From positions 44,578,001 to 44,642,000 of the forward strand of contig NC_043015.1 of the NCBI RefSeq assembly GCF_006345805.1: a stretch of 64,000 nt of DNA, in the 5' to 3' direction. Below, piece after piece: positions 25,692 to 39,190 of the stretch. Under the pieces are notes generated by a model that was not told the origin of the DNA, made no database searches, and was given only the letters and a program-made list of their open reading frames with translations. The translations under genes and the position numbers were made by a program. This stretch comes from Octopus sinensis (Eukaryota). Within the stretch, counting starts at the first letter, position 1; every line of letters starts with the position of its first letter.

Positions 25692-26750
25692 AGTTAGTAT
25701 TCACTTAATATATATCATATTATATATGATCCATGTATTTCTGGAATGTAAAATAATACGTTACTACACAAGCAATTACGAGAACATAAAAACGTATTTT
25801 CTGAAACGATAGACGTATAGATTCCTAAAGATATATATGTTGTTTCTCATTCTTTGACTTACAGAATCAAACATGTCCACACAGTAATACATGCACACGA
25901 ATAAAGAAGCATATTATCAGTATCATACACACATATACTTATACCGAGAAGGATCATTCTCAACGTATATAAGTTAGATGCTGTTACCACTTATTTCTTG
26001 GGCATTTTCATTCACGTGATGCTGTTACCGAATCCTGCAGTCTTTCGAGCGAGCTCTATATGTTTGGGATCCAAAGAATGCTCGTTCATCGACAGAGAAA
26101 TCCTTTATTGTTATGTAAATGGTTATATAAAACATAATGGTAGTTTTTTTTCTGGTTAAGTGCATTCTTCAAAATCTCTTGATTTATTTTACATTTTATT
26201 TCTGTAAGAAGAACAGATGTGAGAGCGTATTTGAAGTTAAGGCAAAAAAGCTACAGAGATAAATACGATAACGTATTATTCTGATAACTCTAATGGATCG
26301 TTTGTACATTTATCTTCCATTTTTTTTTTGCTATTTTGGCTGAGAAGTGGAAATGGTTTTCTTTCTTTTTATTATTTTTTTTTGTCAAAATCCACAACTG
26401 ATGAGGTTGATGCGTACAGTATACTTGTTGATCCCCTCTTAGTCGATACTAAGTAAACACAAGGGCCACTCTGTAGTTTCTGTAAATTTAAAGAACAAAA
26501 CCGGATACGGCAAAACGTTTGCAGCAGAATCAAGACTATAGGTAAAGAAAGCATGAAAGAATATTCCAGTAAACAGAATACTGAAAAATGCGGCCTGGAA
26601 GCTACACAAGTGACATTCGAAAGGGCCAGATCTATTTCCAGCAATACTGACAGAAGAAAACCGCGTACATAAATGCGGTGTATAGCAGTGCTTGGGCGAT
26701 GTTATCAGGCTAAATGATTGACTGTATCGAATTCGTAGCTGTATTTTACA

Positions 26751-26791
<41 letters not shown>

Positions 26792-27049
26792 GGTTTTCGC
26801 AACAACGTGCTTCACCACATGCCGAAAATTTAGAAGTAGCAGCCATAACAGGCTAATTCCTTTCACTACAGATATGACTCCACAGAAAGCAATATTTGTA
26901 CCTCACATAGGCAAAAAGATGAAAAATAACGAAATCAAACAGTTTTCGATTAATTATGGATGCGTTTTGGATTAAATTATAAAAATTAATTTCCTTTATG
27001 AACATAATATTTCGAGAATTCTAAATTTGAATTATGCTTGAAAACCTAC

Positions 27050-27124
<75 letters not shown>

Positions 27125-27132
27125 TATATAAT

Positions 27133-27189
<57 letters not shown>

Positions 27190-27778
27190 GTTATGTATAC
27201 TTTGTCTTTGTATCCCGTTTGCAAGGTTCTTTATGTGAATTCATGTGTTGAAACAAATTTTGTTGTGTTTAAGGAGAGTCATTGTACCAATATTATTAAC
27301 ACGCGCAGCGGTTCAATTCCACCCTTTTATTATTAGTCAATTGGCTAAATATCCAACAAACTAATCGATTGTTTGTTTAACTTGGTTAAACAGTAAGTCG
27401 TTTGTTTGGTTTGTTGGTTTGTCAAAGCTCTTTCGTTGCTAACTGTAAATTTTTCAGTGATTTTCTCTTAGCTTGTTACGAAGGCCACGTTTGTCTGTCC
27501 GAGATCTTGTCGTGCGCGGGACAATGCACGTATGCTCTAATGTAACATATTATATTTACAGCTAGTTATATTGAGCTAGGAAGATAGAAGTGTTATAATA
27601 CTTTTCTAATCTAGGCACAACACCGGAAATTTTGGCGGAGTGGAGGGGCAATCGATTAGATCGACCCAGTACGCAACTGGCACGGTGATCGCCATAAACT
27701 TTAAGCTTATATAAATAGTACCATATATATATATATATAATATCTATATATATATAATATATATATATATTATATGTA

Positions 27779-27928
27779 GGGTGGCGAATACTGTTGGCTG
27801 CTAATTCTAGCATGTAAAATTGCCTGTTAAGGGTAATTTTCTATTTTGAAATACGAATACGTTGTCTACTGACTTTTTATACATGCTAGGCGACTGGTAG
27901 TGATATTCATAACGAGTATTCGCCACCC
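27779..27928. mobile_element. 150-bp MITE with TA target duplication
   Basis: Perfect 14-bp TIRs GGGTGGCGAATACT / AGTATTCGCCACCC flanked by TA; internal segment recurs at about 28286-28335. Confidence 0.75.
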
Positions 27929-28331
27929 TATATATATATGTACCTTATGAATATGTTCTTAGCATTCTCGAAGTTTCAGCTCGGCATTGTTTCTATTGCT
28001 GACTGTAAATACGCCTGCGCGCGATATTTGAAAATGATGGGACACGTGTTATCTTGTCTCTGAGTTATAAGCTAGTTGTTTAGGCTGGTTACTGACGAGG
28101 ATTCGCCTGTGAGATAATATGGTCTTGCTAAATTATCTATTAAAAGATAGCAAACGATATTATTCTGCTTAAGAAATCCGAAACCATGGTATAACCGTTA
28201 TATAACAAGGTAAAAGTTTTTATTTTTCATTTACTTCGAAATTTGCTATAAAATTGTGGTTTTGTGTCCGTGTTGATTGCTATTTCTAGCATGTAAATTT
28301 GCCTGTTAAAGGGTAATTTTTTCTATTTTGA

Positions 28332-28377
<46 letters not shown>

Positions 28378-28584
28378 TATAATTCTTATATATATATAAA
28401 TATATATATATATACATACACACACATTCGGATTAATGGCGGCATATAATTATTTATGAAATATAATAAAATAAATTATCTGTACATGCTCTAAGTTACG
28501 AAGCAATTTGTTGGGAAATTTGAATTTTCTTATCGTTAAATGTATTTTCATCGACTATTTATTTCCTCATTTATAACTGAATTA

Positions 28585-28629
<45 letters not shown>

Positions 28630-28737
28630 TGATAAAATAACCAGAGGGAAAAATAGATAGATAGATAGATAGATACAAGCATATATACATATTTGCATTC
28701 ATACATGCGTACATATATTTACACATACATACATACA

Positions 28738-28769
<32 letters not shown>

Positions 28770-29395
28770 CCCATCATTTCGTTCATTAGTAACAAGTATT
28801 TCAACAAATGTTTAAAATCTCTTACAAAAACTTTCTTAAATATCGTCGTTGTATATTTAAGAAAAACAATCACGCTATATCCTCTTCCATTTCAATTTTT
28901 AATGTAGATATTTACAATAACTTTCAAGTTTTAAAATTCTCTAATCTTTTATTCTATTTTCCGATATCGAAATAAAAATATTATATACACTATACTTTTC
29001 ATTCACCGATAAAAAATAAAAATTCAGATGTGGAGAGAAGTAGAATGGAATTCTTGTGTTCGCAGATTGACCGAGACTAACCATGGAAGGTTTCATAAAT
29101 GGAAGGGAGGTAACTCGAATAATATTATCCTATTTAGCTCGGTGCGAAAGAATGACAATACATGTATCAGTGTATCTTATCTGCCGAGGTGTTTGGTGAA
29201 AACAAACCCCAGGCTTAGAATTTTTTTTAGATCTCATTAAAAAACTGTATATATGCCTACTATTTTCCTACACATTGATCCTTGGATTTTATCTTTACTT
29301 AAGTATATATATATACACAAACATACATATATAGATACGGCTAGTTCCCAAAGTTTTCTTTTTAATTCTCTCTCTGTTCATATCGTCCTGTGTTC

Positions 29396-29431
29396 CTTTC
29401 TGTTGAAGAGCGTTGGCTCGAAACGTAAAAG
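29396..29431 (+). ncRNA. Minimal type I hammerhead-like motif with CUGUUGA core
   Basis: CTTT-CTGTTGA-A-GAGC-GTTG-GCTC-GAA-ACGT-A-AAAG; identical copy on the minus strand at 29626-29661. Confidence 0.6.
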
Positions 29432-29661
29432 ACTTTCTCACCTTCCCGAGCGTTAAATTAATACACCTGCTTGTTGTTTATACACCTTTCTTCGTGTTCT
29501 GTTTTCCTGTAAATTTCATATATATATATATACATATTTGAAATTTACAGGAAAACAGAACACGAAGAAAGGTGTATAAACAACAAGCAGGTGTATTAAT
29601 TTAACGCTCGAGAAGGTGAGAAAGTCTTTTACGTTTCGAGCCAACGCTCTTCAACAGAAAG
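29396..29661. mobile_element. Near-perfect tail-to-tail inverted pair of hammerhead-like repeats
   Basis: Arms 29396-29518 and 29539-29661, 123 bp each, one mismatch by eye, 20-bp TA-rich spacer. Confidence 0.9.
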
Positions 29662-30544
29662 AAATATACATACATACATACATACATAAATGTGTATGTA
29701 TGTATTATGTATGTTTGTATGTCCTTCCAAATAATCGCGTATATACACATCTATATACGTCTGTATAAATACATAAGTATAATATATATATATATATACG
29801 TGTATGTAGAATATAATGGCACATAAACACGTATGTGTGTACACATATACAAAAAGTGAATTACGGACATATTATGCAGATATATGTGTATATGTGCTTG
29901 TCAGCTTTTATATATATATATGTGTGTGTGTAGGTGCGTGATTTTGTGCCTGCGTGCGTGTGTGTGTGTGTGTGTGTATGTGTGTGTCTCTGTGTGTGTG
30001 TGTGTGAGTTCTTATTTATGCAAGTATTTGAAACAGCTTTGCTATTTGAAATATATTCTTGCCGACAAACTGAGTTCTAATTCATCTTCTCCGGCTTTAT
30101 TTTTGTTTTGTTTTTTGGCGTACGAGTTTCGTACAGTTTAAACGAGTTTCGCACAGTTTATACTGTGTTTCTGCTCCTTTTAGTAGCCATGGCTGATGTG
30201 ATAAGTGTCGACGTTAATACGATAATTGGCACTATGACCGTTAGATGTTTATGTCGTCAGCCATACATTAGTTTTTGGCTTATATATTAATATATCTTCT
30301 CTTGTTATTTACTGCCGACGGTGCTGGCGATATTTCGTCAACCAATATAATCATTGTTTTTTTTTTAGCATTTGTCGTTTACAATAGATCACTTCTCTGG
30401 ACGTTTACTGCAGTCTGACGCTTTCTAAACAACATATTCAAATTAGGATTCTCAGCTAATCAATATTTGTTACCAAGACTACTACCGTCACTAATAGTTA
30501 TATGTGTATGTATGTATGTATGTATGTATGTATGTACACATATA

Positions 30545-31160
30545 TATATAGGGAGAGTTTACGAAAAAAACAAAAGACAAAGACAGGTGGTGTACAAAAC
30601 AAACAGATATATTAGTATAAGGCTAAGGAATAGAAAAAGTCTTTTACGCTTCGAGTCTGCACTCTTCTAAAGAAAGGGACAGAAAAAAACAAGGAGAGAA
30701 ACAAGGAGAGAAAAAAATGTTTGTAGTGGCTAACAATCTATCATGGCGACTATATATAAAATGGGACAAGAATGCAAAACATCCAGACAGTTAGGTCATA
30801 CAGAAAAGGGACTACAAAACATCCAGATAGACAATACAAGGAAACAAGGACAGGTCATTCGGAGTTTTCTTTCCTCAGTCGAGTTCCAGATTATATATGT
30901 ATATATATATATATATATTATATATATCTTGTGCTCCTAGCTTAGTTTTTCCTTGGGGCTGAACAGACTGGAACAATCTCAATTATTACCAGCCGAAGTT
31001 GCTTAGATAATCTGGAACTCGACTGAGGAAAGAAAACTCCGAATGACTCGTCCTTGTTTTCTTTATATCGTTTGTCTGAATGTTTTGCTGTCCCTTTTCT
31101 TGTATCACCTAGCTGTCGGATGTTTTGCTTTCTTGTCCCATTTTTTGTATTTTTTATATA
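30545..31160. mobile_element. Penelope-like remnants including an inverted pair (about 30750-30895 / 31005-31160)
   Basis: GTCATTCGGAGTTTTCTTTCCTCAGTCGAGTTCCAGATTAT versus its reverse complement; decayed relative of the 29396 family at 30640-30675 (-). Confidence 0.6.
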
Positions 31161-31207
31161 TATATAATTATAGCGGCGTACGTACACTTTGGTCCCTTAT
31201 ATGCAAG

Positions 31208-31245
<38 letters not shown>

Positions 31246-31794
31246 ATATTAATAATATATATATATATATATTATATATATAAATTTAGTAAGACTCAAT
31301 GATTCTTTCTATTCTTCATTCTTTCCTTCTTTCTATCAGCTCCTTCACACTTCGTTCTTCCCTTAATCTTCGTTCTTATGATCCCCCTCTCTCACATTTC
31401 CTGGCGTTCTCTTCATGCTCACCATTCCTCCTCTTTCACTTCACTCAGTCTGTTTCATTTCTTTCTCGTCCCCTCCTTAATTTTTTTATCCCTTAGTCGA
31501 AAAACACCTGTTGTTAATGTTCTTTCTACTTGTATTTGTGTACCGTTTCTCCGTTTTTTCCGTCCTTGTTTTCGTATACATTCGCTGCTTTCTTTCAAGG
31601 AATCTTATGCTCTTAGCTTAGTTTTTCCTTGGGGCTGGCCAGATTCGAGCAATCTCGAGTATAACCAACTGAAATTGCAAAGATAATTTTTTAAAAACAA
31701 TCCCTACTACTACTGCTACTACAATAGGTCACTGTGAGATCACTTGACCATTTAAGCAGATTCCACGGACAGCCTTTACTACTGGATCTTCCAC

Positions 31795-32295
31795 TCCTAT
31801 CTTCCCTTTCTTCTCTTCTTCTTCTTCTTCTTCTTCTTCTTCTTCTTCTTCTTTTCTTTCTTCTTTCTCTCTTCTTTCTCTCTCCTTTTTTCTCTCCTTC
31901 TTTTTTTCCTACTCCCTTCCTTTCTCGTCTCTTCTTTCTCTTTTTCTTCTTCTTCTTCTCTTTTCTTTTCATTCTTCTCCTTTCTTTTCTTCTTCTTCTT
32001 TCTTTTCTTCTTCTCTTCTCTTCTTCTTATTCTTCTTCTTCTTCTCTCATTTCTTTCTTCTCCTTCTTCTCGCTTTCTTCCTTGTCCTTCCTTCTTCTCT
32101 TCTTCTCTTCTTCTTTCTTTTTTCTTCTCCTTTCTTCTTCCCCCTTCTCTTGTTCCTCCTTTCTTCTTCTTCTTTCCTTCTCTCTTCCCTTCTCTTTCTC
32201 TCTTTTTCTGTCCTTATTCTTCCCTTCTTCCTTCTTAATTCTTCTTCCTCCTCCTTCCTCCTTTCTTCTTCCTCTCCCTCTTCATCGCTTCTTCC
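31795..32295. repeat. ~500-bp polypyrimidine (CTT/CT) tract
   Basis: Almost entirely C/T on the plus strand. Confidence 0.95.
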
Positions 32296-33184
32296 TTAAA
32301 CGATCAAGCTTCAGAACGAAATATATCTTTGCACCCACAAACTAAAGAACGTTGATGTTAAAAGAGGCATCTAAATGTAACCCAAGTCCCTTATCTTTAA
32401 ACAATCAAAAACCCTAATATATTCAAAATATTTCTAACTAATAAAAATCAGAAACAAATGAACTGCGCTGAGGAGATGAATGAATAATGCAAGACTTCCA
32501 TCGCACATACAAACGAATCTGACAATTTCTTGATTGTTTTACAATTCACTCTCCTGGCGGCGAATGATTTCATTACGACACAAGTTTCGAATAGAATGCG
32601 TAATGTGGATAATACAATACAGCGCCGCGCAATGAGCCTGGTCATGTCCACACAACATTCATGTTATGTCATCTGGTAAAAGTTTTCAAAGGCAGATTAA
32701 TTTAGTTCTGAGCAATGTTCATTAATTTTTGATTTCTTCATTCATTACATATTTGCAGACAAAAAACAGTTTTATTTTGTATGGTTTTACTGACCAGGAA
32801 TTAGTATTGATTGCAACTGTTGAGAGTGATACTGGTCACGCTTATTGAGAACGTGTAATTTGTCGTCTGAATAAAAAATAGGTGAGCTGGAGAAGAATTT
32901 CAGGAAGCAAACGAATATCTAACAAAGAAGGATTGGGTTCCGTTGATATTTGGATAGCTAGTGAATGGATATACATAGTGTACGAAAAGAAGATAAGCCA
33001 TACATGCCGAGACAGAGATTGTTACCGATCTTAATCAGTAACAAGTATTACATTCGGTATTTAAGATTATTCATTTCAGGTATCAAGAGAGAGATCTTGA
33101 GAAAGACATTTGTGGTATACTCAATTCAACTTCTTTAAAGTTATAACATGTTATTTAAGTGTCAGTAAATTGCGTAAGATAAAT

Positions 33185-33603
33185 AGGCGCGGGAGTGGCT
33201 GAGTGGTAAGTAGCTTGCTAACCAACCACATGGTTCCGGGTTCAGTCCCACTGCGTGGCATCTTGGGCAAGTGTCTTCTGCTATAGCCTCGGGCCGACCA
33301 AAGCCTTGTGAGTATATTTTGGTAGACGGAAACTGAAAGAAGCCGGTCGTATATATGTATATATATATGTATGTGCGTGTATGTTTGTGTGTCTGTGTTT
33401 GTCCCCCTAGCATTGCTTGAAACCGATGCTGGTGTGTTTACGTCCCGGTCACTTAGCGGTTCGGCAAAGGATACCGATAGAATAAGTACTGGGCTTACAA
33501 AGAATAAGTCCCGGGGGTCGATTTACTCGATTAAGGGTGGTGCTCCAGCATGGCCGCAGTCAAATGACTGAAACAAGTAATAGAGTAAAAAAGAGTAAAG
33601 AGT
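33185..33603 (+). mobile_element. Full-length SINE family A flanked by a ~180-bp direct duplication
   Basis: Head GGCGCGGGAGTGGCTGAGTGG, complete tail; flanks 33004-33184 and 33604-33781 are about 93% identical. Confidence 0.9.
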
Positions 33604-33959
33604 ATGCTGAGACAGAGATTGTTACCGGTCAGAATCAGTAACAAGTATTACATTCGGTATTTAAGGTTATTCATTTCAAGTATCAAGAGAAAGATCTCGA
33701 GAAAAACATTTGTGGTATACTCAATTCAACTTCCTTAAAGTTATAACATGTTATTTAGTCAGTAAATTGCGTAAGATAAATGCGTATGTTATTGTCTGAC
33801 GGTCGTCAGATGGTGAACATACAATAGAACACAAAATAGACGCATATACCTATTTATAGTATTTATATACACATATAAGTGTGTGTATGTGTGTGTGTAT
33901 GTGTGAACGAGTGAATCTCTGTGTGTCTGTGTTTCTGCGTGAGTGTGCATGCGTGTGTG

Positions 33960-34170
33960 TGGTGACCGTGTGTGTACCGTTGGCGATTTTTTCCCCTCCG
34001 TCTTCCCGTTCTTGTATCTTTCCTTTTCCTATGTTTCTGACGAAGAGCTCCGCTCGAAACGTTAAATCCTCCTTCTTTCTTTCCTTTCCTGAGCGTCCAA
34101 CAACACTATACTTGTTCCACGTCCTCGCGTTGTTGTGTTTTCTCTTTGTGTTTTCATGTTTGGATTAACT
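33960..34170 (+). mobile_element. Penelope-like terminal-repeat remnant
   Basis: Homologous to 3495-3710 (-); contains a canonical-core hammerhead. Confidence 0.75.
34033..34067 (+). ncRNA. Minimal type I hammerhead ribozyme motif, canonical core
   Basis: GTTT-CTGACGA-A-GAGC-TCC-GCTC-GAA-ACGT-T-AAAT: all core nucleotides present, palindromic ACGU stem III, GUU site. Confidence 0.8.
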
Positions 34171-34514
34171 ATATGTATATAAACATATACATATACCAAA
34201 ACCACTCACTAGGTTTTAGCTTATGTCCGCCCGGAGCTATGGCAGAAGAATTTTTTAAGTTGACCTGTAGTGGGTAGAGCAGAAGCCACACTTTTAGGAA
34301 GCAGTCTTCTTAACCACACAGCCACACCTGCGCCTATGGTTGTCTATCTTGATTAATTCACAATCATATCCTTGTCAATGTGTATCCCACAATTTAGGCT
34401 TCCATTTCTCCTGTTTTGAAATTAGGCATGGCCAGATAATTGAATGTCTTTCACACATTCACAGAATTACATTTCTACCGTCCACGTAACATTACGGTTG
34501 CAATATCTGGTAGT

Positions 34515-35065
34515 TGGCAGAAGGCGATGAACTGGTAGAAACGTTAGCACGCCGGGCGAAATGCGTAGCCGTATTTCGCCTGCTATTACATTCTGAGTTC
34601 AAATTCCGCCGAGGTTGACTTTGCCTTTCATCTTTCGGGGTCGATAAATTAAGTACCAGTTACGCATTGGGGTCGATGTAATTGACTTAATCCGTTTGTC
34701 TGTCCTTGTTTGTCCCCTCTATGTTTAGCCCCCTGTGGGCGATAAAGAAATAAGAAACGTTAGCATGCCGGGCGAAATGCTTAGCAGTATTTCGTCTGCC
34801 ATTTCATCCTGAGTTCAAATTCCGCCGAGGTCGACTTTGCCTTTCATCCTTTCGGGATCGATTAACTAAGTATGCACTGTGGTCGATATAATCGACTTAA
34901 TCCATTTGTCTGTTCTTGTTTGTCTTGTCTGTATTTCGTCTGCCGCTACGTTCTGAGTTCAAATGCCGTTTCGGGGTCGATAAATGAATTACCAGTTGCG
35001 TTCTAGGGTCGATCTAATCGTCTGGCTCCTTTTCCCAAACTTTCGGGCCTTGTGCCTAGAGTAGA
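34515..35065 (+). mobile_element. Three tandem or nested family-B SINEs
   Basis: GAAACGTTAGCA.GCCGGGCGAAATGC...GAGTTCAAATTCCGCCGAGGT.GACTTTGCC repeated. Confidence 0.85.
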
Positions 35066-36439
35066 AATGTATATCTGGGACGTTATTTTGCCATGCAAAC
35101 TTACGAGGACATGGAAATAATATACAAATTCATTGGGTTCATTGAAAAGGATAATTCAACAACGTGTTACTAGAGCCACTTGGATGTACACAATTTGTAA
35201 TTTTCCTGCTAATTCCAACATTTGCTGATGTAAAACTCGCTAAGCAGCACGCTGTATCCATAGACTGAATTTCGTTTATGCTTTTACAATCATTCCTGCT
35301 ACGTTTTGCAAATTAAGCTGCGTAAGGCAATTTGCAAATACTGCTAAGTGCGGCTGGGTTTCCTCTTTGATTTTTCATTAACACGTCGGTCGAGGCAGAT
35401 TCTCAATTGCATTAGTTGCCTAAATATTCTCTCCTAGAAACAATAACATTTTCCATATTGTCTGACAGAACGCACAAAATTAATACAAATACATACATGC
35501 ATACCTGCATGTGTGTATATATAAACATGCTTCCCAGTTTGCATGCACGTTGTATATTTCCAAATACAAACATACATACATATATACATATATATATGTG
35601 TGTGTGTGTGTGTGTATATATGTATATATATGTAGATATATGTATATATAATTATGTGTGTCTGTGTCTGCGAGTATGTTGTTTGTGTTTGTATATGTAT
35701 ATATATACCTATATATACGTGTGTATATGTGTGCGAGTCTGTTGTTTGTGTTTGTATATGTATCTGCCTTATCTGTGTGTTTGTGTGTGTAACTAAAGAA
35801 CGGTAAAGAAGGAGATGTTCCTACACGACCTAGGACTTCTGTGTTAGTAATAATAGATAATAACGTTTAAATAGTAAACGTTGTTAAGCTGTGGACTGAA
35901 TGGAATCCTCATCAGAATAATAGAATAATGATGATCGATCAACTATTTGTTAGTATTGGTAGCTAAAATAAGTAATTGGATTTTCTATTCTTTATCGTTT
36001 TGTTGTTACTGTTGTTGTTGTTCTGATTAAAAAAAAAGGTAAGACGAAAATTTAAAAAAAAAGAAAAAAAAAAGAAAAAAGAAAATGGAAAAGAAATCTG
36101 CTTAAATCAATAACGTGAGAATATAATGGGGTTACAAAGTGGATTGGAGATGTTTGAGAGGCATAGATAATGGGCGAGTAATAGATGGCATTGAACGTTC
36201 TCCCTGCATGTTTTGAAAGGTATTGTAACAGAAGTTATATTGTCATATTATAATGTATTATTCAATTTCGTTAAAAGCTCTCCAAATAATATCAGGCTGC
36301 TGGTTTTCTACTTTAACAAAAAAAAAAGACAAAAAAAACAACAAATAAAATAAAACCTACCTAATCGATGAAATGTATAATGCCTGACATTATTATTTTG
36401 GGAATTATTTTTGTTGCTGTTATTACTAAGAGCATTAAA

Positions 36440-36495
36440 CATTACAACAGTTATTATTATTATTATTATTATTATTATCATTATTATTATTATGT

Positions 36496-36553
<58 letters not shown>

Positions 36554-36592
36554 CTTTATTATTATTATTATTATTATCTTTACTATCATTAA

Positions 36593-36625
<33 letters not shown>

Positions 36626-36960
36626 CTTTATTATTATTATATTATTATTATCATTATCTTTATTATCATTATCTTTATTATTATTATTATTATTATCATC
36701 ATCATTATTATTATTATTATTACCTTTATTATTATTATTGTTGTTGTTGTTATTTTTATTATTATCATCATCATCATCATCGTCGTCGTCATCGTTATTA
36801 TTTTTGCAGTGGTTGATGTTGTTGTTATGGTGATGTTATTTATTATTGCTAATTTTATTATAATCTTGCTTCTTCTTATTATTATTATCATGTCTTCATC
36901 ACCATCATAATTGCCATCATCACAAACGTCATTATCATCATCATTAAACCATTATTTTTT
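36440..36960. repeat. (ATT)n/(ATC)n compound microsatellite
   Basis: Directly visible. Confidence 0.95.
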
Positions 36961-37570
36961 ATCTATTATTTTAAAGCGTTTACGTTATGGTTTTTCATTA
37001 GTACTGATATTTTTGTTCTCATTGCCAGACTCATGTTTCCGATGCAATAAAATTTAGGCAAACAGTTGTTAACGAATTACGTGAATAATATTTTTGTGTC
37101 ATTAATATTTATTTAGTTATTATTTTGGTTTCTTTTCTATTAGACAAAATTCACAGGTGTGTAAAACTGGGTAAATCTTCGTCCTGAGGGAGGTTTAAAT
37201 TATTACGTCTGTGTCTATAAAAGACGGATGACATTCTTTTATTATCTTCTTTCATAATATACGCTATTGCAAAAATAGGAGAATTACATGAGCAGTTCAG
37301 CCGAGAAGCAAATGTTAATACGTGCCTTCGCAAATATATTTGGAATCTTAAAATTAAATTTTAACAAGTTATTGATTCTATTTTCTCTTCCTTGTATTCG
37401 AAGATTCTAATCCACAAAAGTAATGGCTCTTGTAATATCGACAACGCATAAGTTAAACGGCAAATATATTTAAGAAGAAGGCTACATACGAGTAATGCGT
37501 ATATCGTCATTTATGGCAAATTTCAAAAGATGAGCACTTGAATCATTAAAGTCCACAATGGAGAAAATTA

Positions 37571-37635
37571 TTGGGTTGTCCGGAAAGTTCGTGCCTATTT
37601 ATAGTAGCTTACGTTTCGACTTATTTTAGAACATT
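37571..37635 (+). mobile_element. Mariner left-end fragment
   Basis: TA-TTGGGTTGTCCGGAAAGTTCGTGCC matches the TIR at 62489. Confidence 0.85.
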
Positions 37636-38289
37636 AGCATAAAGAAGTCAGGAAGGGTAAACCATTACAGCGGGGAGGAAGAAAATGTATTTATTTTTCT
37701 TGTTTTTTATCCGCTACTATGAAGCAGACATGTCGTATGGTCGCTAGACTTTCTAGTAAAACAATGAAATCGCTTGATTATGAAACCTTACCGCTATGAA
37801 GGAAGGGAAGACGCATTGAATCATCGAGTCCAATGCATGAATCGTAAGTCGGTACGGTGACTATCGAAATGATATTGCTTCGTCGTTGCTAATATGGGTT
37901 TCAAATTTTAACTCATGGCCAACAAGTTTGGAGGAAGGGGTGAAATGTACTGTAGTACAACTGGAAAGATATATTGTTCAACGTCTAAGTACTGATGGCT
38001 GGTTGCTGACAGATTTTTCTGCTCTGTAAGGATTTAATCCAACATATGCTGTTCTATCTCTACGCATTGAAAAATATATCATTCTACTTGGACTACAATA
38101 CATTTCAGCATTTCAACAACAAATTTATATTTGCTTACATATGACGTAATTACTAATTTTACGTTTTATTTTATTGCTCAATGTATTTTAGGGAGAAAAT
38201 GATAATTAATAACGCTATAAATCGAAAATTTTCAGACAAATTACGCTTCATATTAGCCCGAACAGAAGGCAGAATTCTAATGAGGTTAA

Positions 38290-38428
38290 TGATAAAGATG
38301 ATGACAATGATGTTCATTATGGTGGTGACAACAAATATGACACCAAAGGTGACAATGATGATGATGAGGAGGAGGATGAATCATGATGATGAACATGATG
38401 ACGATAATGATGACGATGATGATGTAGT

Positions 38429-38459
<31 letters not shown>

Positions 38460-38534
38460 GATAAAGATGATGATGATGATGATGATGATGATGATAAAGA
38501 TGATGATGATGATGATGATGATGATGACGATAAA

Positions 38535-38565
<31 letters not shown>

Positions 38566-38641
38566 TAGTTGATGATGATGATGATGATGACGATAAAGAT
38601 GATGATGATGATGATGATGATGATGACGATAAAGATGATGA

Positions 38642-38672
<31 letters not shown>

Positions 38673-39146
38673 ACTGGTGAGGATGACGACGTCATGATGA
38701 TCATGATGACTTCGATTATAGTGATGTCGATAACGATGATAATGATGAAAATATGGACGATGTCGGTGATGATGATTATGATGATAATGATGATGGTGAT
38801 GAAGAAGGAAGAGGATAAGAATGAGGAGAAGATGAGATGAAGGAGGATGGGAAAGGCGAGGAAGGAATGGAAGAAAAGTCGTAAGAAGAAAATCGAAAGG
38901 GAAGGAGACGAAGAAGAAGTAAAAGAAGAAGTAGAAGAAGAAGAAGAAGAAGAAGAAGAAGAAGAAGAAGAAGAAGAAGAAGAAGAAAAGAAGAAGAAGA
39001 AGAAGAAGAAGAAGAAAAAGGAGGAGAAGAAGAAGAAGGAGGAGGAGGGGGAGAAGGAGGAGAAGAAGAAGGAGGGGAGGAGAAGAAGGAGAATAATAAT
39101 AATAAGATGATGATGATGATAATGATGATGATGATAATGATGATGG

Positions 39147-39183
<37 letters not shown>

Positions 39184-39190
39184 AAGACAG
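38290..39190. repeat. (GAT)n and (GAA)n compound microsatellite block
   Basis: Directly visible; explains the poly-D/E/K/S ORFs. Confidence 0.95.

Noticed and set aside
26461-26540. NKTGYGKT P-loop-like peptide
   Set aside because: Only about 30 codons between stops, lacks the A/G at the first P-loop position, and no downstream helicase motifs.
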